Shown one piece after another: positions 59,153 to 64,000 of a DNA stretch of 64,000 nucleotides (position 1 is its first letter; each line of letters starts with the position of its first letter). The notes beneath the pieces were generated by a model, which saw only the letters and a program-made list of their open reading frames with translations, did not search any database and was not told where the DNA came from. Source of the stretch: the human T2T-CHM13v2.0 reference genome, Homo sapiens; NCBI RefSeq assembly GCF_009914755.1, contig NC_060932.1. One strand, given 5' to 3'. The position numbers were made by a program, and so were the translations under genes.

Positions 59153-62100
59153 CAGACCAGGATTTTAAAATGCTATATTATGAATATGTTCAAGGACTGA
59201 AAGAATAATAAAATAATAATGAATGAAGAGATAGAGAATGTCACGAGAAAAATGGGAAACATAAAAATTAGAAATTGTAACAGAAAAGTGCAATATGTGA
59301 AATGATACATTAATTGGATAGGCTGAGGAAAAGATTGAAGACTACAGAAACAAGCAATGCTGACCTTGAAGACAAACTAGTAGACATTATCCAGTCTAAA
59401 GAACCTAGAGATAAAAAGATGGGGAGGGGGCAGAGGGAGAGGCTAGTGCCTCAAATTCTGACATATATGCAATTAGAATCCCAGAGAGAGATTTTTTTTC
59501 ATATTAAACTAATAATAGCAAAAAATTCTTAAAGTTAGTAAAATGCTCCAGTTACAGATCAGAGAAGTCAAACAAACTTCCAAGCAAGATAAACATACAG
59601 TAAACACACTTAGCTATATTATAAACTGCTGCAAAAGGAAGATAAAGGAAACGTACCTTAATAAAATGCTCAGAGAAAAAGAATGCATTACATACAGTTA
59701 AACTGTTAATAAGAGCAGTTGTCATGTTATCAGAAACAGTGAAGGCAAGAACACAATGGAGCAACATCTTTGAAATGCTAAAAGAAAATTCTGCCATCTC
59801 AGAATTCTGTATTTTGTGAAATTTTCTTCAGAAATAAGGAAAAATTAAAACATTTTTAGATAAATGAAAGTGAAAAAATTTGTTGCTAGTAGATATATAC
59901 TAAAATAAATACTATACAAGATTTTTTAAAAAAGAGAAGAAAATCAGATTGAAATTTGGATCCACAAGAAAGTCATTTGGAAATTTCAAACAGGAGGCTA
60001 AATGTGAAAAAGTAAAAAATAAAAAGGATATCAAAACCAGAGAAATGAAATAAAATGTTTCAAAATATTAATAGCAGTTCTCTTTGGATAGTTTTATCCA
60101 AATCATCAATGGAAGTCAAATCACGTATGGAAGCATCTTGCATATCTGACCTCCTTAATTAGAGAGGTCTTCTGAATGCAAAAAAAGTCATCAAGAACAA
60201 TACTTCAAAACTTACTCAAATATAGTAGGAGGGATAAATATATGAGTAAAATCTCTATGCAGCTGCTTCTGCCTACTGGAGATGTGGCATAACACATCTG
60301 TAGAGTAGAATGTTTTGTTTTTATATATCTTTGGCTAAGGGCAAGACCAAGAGAAATGAAGAACTGTTTTATTCCAATATATAGGGGCAGAAATTTTGTT
60401 TTCCACAGTCCGGATAAGAAGAAGAAAAAAACTCGGAAATCAGGTATGTATGGAGAAACGAGGAAAGAGACCTCTGAAATAGTGGCACATGGAAACGTTT
60501 GAGGAAAAAAATGGCAAATGAGAAATTCCCTGTGGAGGAGATGGCCCAGGATCACTGATGTCTAATGCTCAAGTCACGTTCTATTCATAATGTGCTGTGG
60601 TCATCCTTTTAAATCACCAAGTCTTCAGTTAGGGTCTTCTATAGACAAAGGCCCTGTGTTTATGTGATTTTCAAGCACTGAGGAAGTGAGCTGGAAGAGG
60701 GAGAGCCTCCCGGGAAGCTGAGAGTGACAATGGAAAACCTAATTGCAGCAGAAAACAGGTTAACAGGGTATTTATTCTACAGGGAATGCCATCTCTAGTC
60801 GAATCGATGATTGATTTCACATCACATTAAATGGAAGCAAATAAAGTAAATTCAAATTACAGCCCACAAAATGAGTTGAAGGACAACATAAAACAATGTT
60901 TATAATTATTTTATTTATAAAATCTGAAGTTGTTTTATAACTTGCATGTGATAGAAGATAGTTGGGCAATTATTGAAATACTAGCACACTATTAAAGAGA
61001 AATATTAGTTTATAGGTATAGAACTTAGTGTGGGAAATTTCATGTCTGGTTCTCTCACAAATTCATTGATGTGAGAAACAGTAACAGGTTCTGACTATAA
61101 AGTGATTATAAGGTAGAATAAATAGAAACCACCTCCAGAGGCACTAGAGGAAATCCTTGGGGATTTCTTACTCTTTGACTGAATCAAATGTCCTTTGCCA
61201 CACATTAGGCCTCTCTGGAGTCTTTGTTAGACAAATTCCTTAAAAATCTTAGACAGCCAGGCAGATTTTCTAAGATCTAAACCACAAGGGCAAGTAGAGG
61301 TCCTTTGTGGTACTCAGAGAGCTTTGAGAATGACTTAAACATCAGCATACATTTGAAAACTATAATTGCAAATGAGAAGTTTAAAAAATAGATGTGGCTT
61401 TTTATTTAATCATACTGTTTTAAATTCTTCTTTACAATAACAAATTATGCTGTATACAAGAAAATATTTAAATCACTTAAATAAAAATTCAACCCAAGCT
61501 GCTCTTCTATTTGGATGGCAATCAAAAAATGTTTCTGCAGGAATTATAATAACAATTCTGTGCTCTTCTGACATTTGTTCTAGGTAGACTGATATAACCC
61601 TTGTCTAAGAGTTCATCCTGACAATGCTATGCCATCTAATCAGGAATTAGAAAGATGAGTCACCACACTAAAACATTTAGCTGGTCGTAAATAAGTGTTC
61701 CACTTCAATATGTACATATGCCATTCTTTGTTATAATTCATTTTCCAGAATTGCCATATGATCTGTGATACCAATTTGCTATGTGTATTGTTGCATTAAA
61801 ATTCTTAGTCAATTCCTTTTATTGTTTCAATAACAAGCATGTTTAAAATAATTTTTTTTAGTCATTTGGAGCTGTGGTATGCTGATGTTATTCTTTTATA
61901 AGTATAGAGATTAGAAACCAACTCCCACTTCAGCATAAAAAAACCAAAACATAAGGCTATTGTCTTGAAGCTTTATTATATTTACATATTTCCAAACTCA
62001 TTATTTAGCATTTAAATGGGCATTTCTTTTATCATATTATTTTGATTATTATATAAACAATAATGTATAAGCATAATAATTTATAAACATATTTCTACTT

Positions 62101-62964
62101 AGCAACAGTATAATAAATAGTATGATAAACTACCCATAGAAATGTTACCTACTTCCAGATCAAAATAGATAATAAAAACATTCCAGGTGATGCAAAGGGC
62201 AGTCCGCATTGTACATAAGAAAAAAATAAAATAAAAAGAGAGGAGAAAAATGTGGCGATTAAAGGCATTTATTGGAAACAAGTCAATAATAAAAATGTCA
62301 ATAAGTTTAAATCTAGAAAAAAAGAGACAGGGCACCCAGAAAAGTGTGAGCTTTACAATGTCTGATAGGATCTTTAAAATTTCAAAGACCAATAGTTTCT
62401 GCCACTTGTAGTACATGCCAATAAAATTCGATTTATTTTTAAAGTGTTTTATTGGCCTGAAGATATAACTTTATTTTAAATGCTGAATTGACTACTGTTT
62501 TCTGAGTATTCTCATTTTGTTACAAATAACATTATACAAATTTTCTATCATGCCACCCGTAAAATCAAAATAAATTATGCTAGTAAACTGTCAGGACTAG
62601 AGATAGTAAATGACAACACTCCCATACCCCTAATAGTAGGCTAGTTCTAAAAACAGAGATGTGGTCTTAAGTGAGTATAGTGTACTTTCTTGGTTCATCT
62701 GATAAAAATAGAAAGTGTGCTTTCTGTGAATCATAATATTAACTGAGGCCAAAAATATTAACTAAAAAAGCTATGACAATTTAATGAATAGAATTAGGAT
62801 GAATAAATTAACAGCAGATTTCCATAATGATGGAAACCCTTCTAATCAAACTCAGCAGCTTATGAATCTGTTGACACCACAGATGAAATGGTTTTTATTA
62901 ATGGCTCCTTTGTATTAGAAAATGCTATAATTACTAATTTGGTGGGTTTTTTTTAAGGGAATCA

Positions 62965-63180
62965 CCTTTTTATTTAAAATATTTAATTGACAAAAACGAC
63001 TGCATATATTCAAAGCATGCAGTATGATGACTTGATATTTGTATAAATTGTGTAATGATTATGAAAATAAAATTAGTTAATATACCCATCACCTCTCATA
63101 CTGTATATCAGATCCCTAAAACTTATTCATCATTGTATTCTTTGACCCACATCTCCCCATTTCCCTACCCCCAGCCCACC
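62965..63180 (-). mobile_element. L1MA-like 3' end fragment
   Basis: TTTAATTGACAAAAA...TATATTCAA...CCCATCACCTC...CTTTGACCCACATCTCCCCATTTCCC. Confidence 0.75.
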
Positions 63181-63849
63181 GCAATTGGTTAGCTTTAACT
63201 TCACTGGTTAGCCCCAGATGGAGATCTTAGAGCTCATCTAATCCAGTCACTTTTAGATTTAGATAAATTTTGCCACAGAGAACTTAACTATAGAGAAGCT
63301 TGAATTACTGAGAATGATAACTTCCTTGGGAGAATGTCACCACAATTAAATACACTAGTTGCTATTTACTTTACTATAAAAGTTCATAAATTCTTAATTC
63401 CTTAATATTCATTATATAGGCACACTAGTTATATTATGGCTTTCTATCAGTGATAAGAAATGAGTTTTAAGGGAAATAAAAGTACAAAGATATTATATTG
63501 ATTAAATGTATTTCTTTAAGTAATTTTATAATCTACCCAATGATAGAATTATGCAATGTGGGTGATATTTATGAATGGTTACAGTAATCATAAGTCACTC
63601 AGCAGCTCATGATAGTCACACAATTTCATTTACATTCCCTCTGTTTTGTCATTCATGATTTTTTCTGAAAGTGTAGTCCCATAGTTGATTGCATTTGATG
63701 TCATACTTCTCATTTTGACTTTGAAGTGGAAGTTTTCCTGGTATAACTTATTTTTAAAGGACCATAAAACTGCAAAAATGACCCAGAGCTCCTGACTCTG
63801 GAGATATAGAAAAGTTGGCTAATATAAGTAGAAATTTAAAAATAGGTTG

Positions 63850-64000
63850 AGGAGGCTTCTAGCTTCAGCTCCCACATATAAAGAAATTGGAAATCATCCA
63901 TCCCATTGTTGTAAAAGGAAAAGCTTTACAAACTGAAAATCAATAACTTGTACTGAACCAATCAGAAAATGGAGATTCCAGGACAAACTGCCACCCTTAC
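63850..64000 (+). mobile_element. Probable old L1 (L1MC/MD) 5' end
   Basis: AAACTGAAAATCAATAACTTG...GACAAACTGCCACCC resembles L1M 5' text; truncated by the window edge. Confidence 0.5.

Larger units (their letters stand above)
57700..59970 (+). mobile_element. Old L1 (L1ME/MC-type) 5'UTR plus ORF1 remnant, containing nested elements
   Basis: ORF1-like translations (LEDKLVDIIQSKE; CAATGGAGCAACATCTTTGAAATGCTAAAAG resembling QWNNIFKVLKE...PRILYP). Confidence 0.75.

Overview
Gene-poor, AT-rich primate (probably human/hominoid) genomic DNA dominated by interspersed repeats: Alu, L1, L2, MIR, MaLR and ERV1 LTRs, and MER5. No intact protein-coding gene or RNA gene is supported; nearly all ORFs in the track are repeat-derived or chance. 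The one gene-derived feature is a minus-strand processed pseudogene of C1GALT1 (T-synthase, ~23.15-25.41 kb), split by an AluSc, with a CpG-rich 5' end. The most notable structure is an apparently very old head-to-tail tandem duplication (unit A ~9.0-26.8 kb, unit B ~26.8-33.35 kb), masked by later insertions and retaining an identical 14-bp NKX2/GATA-like core. There are also several locally templated insertions (15.5 kb, 21.7 kb, 4.3 kb, 52.7 kb), an inverted Alu-in-Alu, and a PBX/MEIS-motif-rich candidate enhancer at ~46 kb. All alignments and identities are by eye; repeat subfamily names and parent-protein comparisons are from memory and need confirming. I see no evidence for a new multi-gene biological system.
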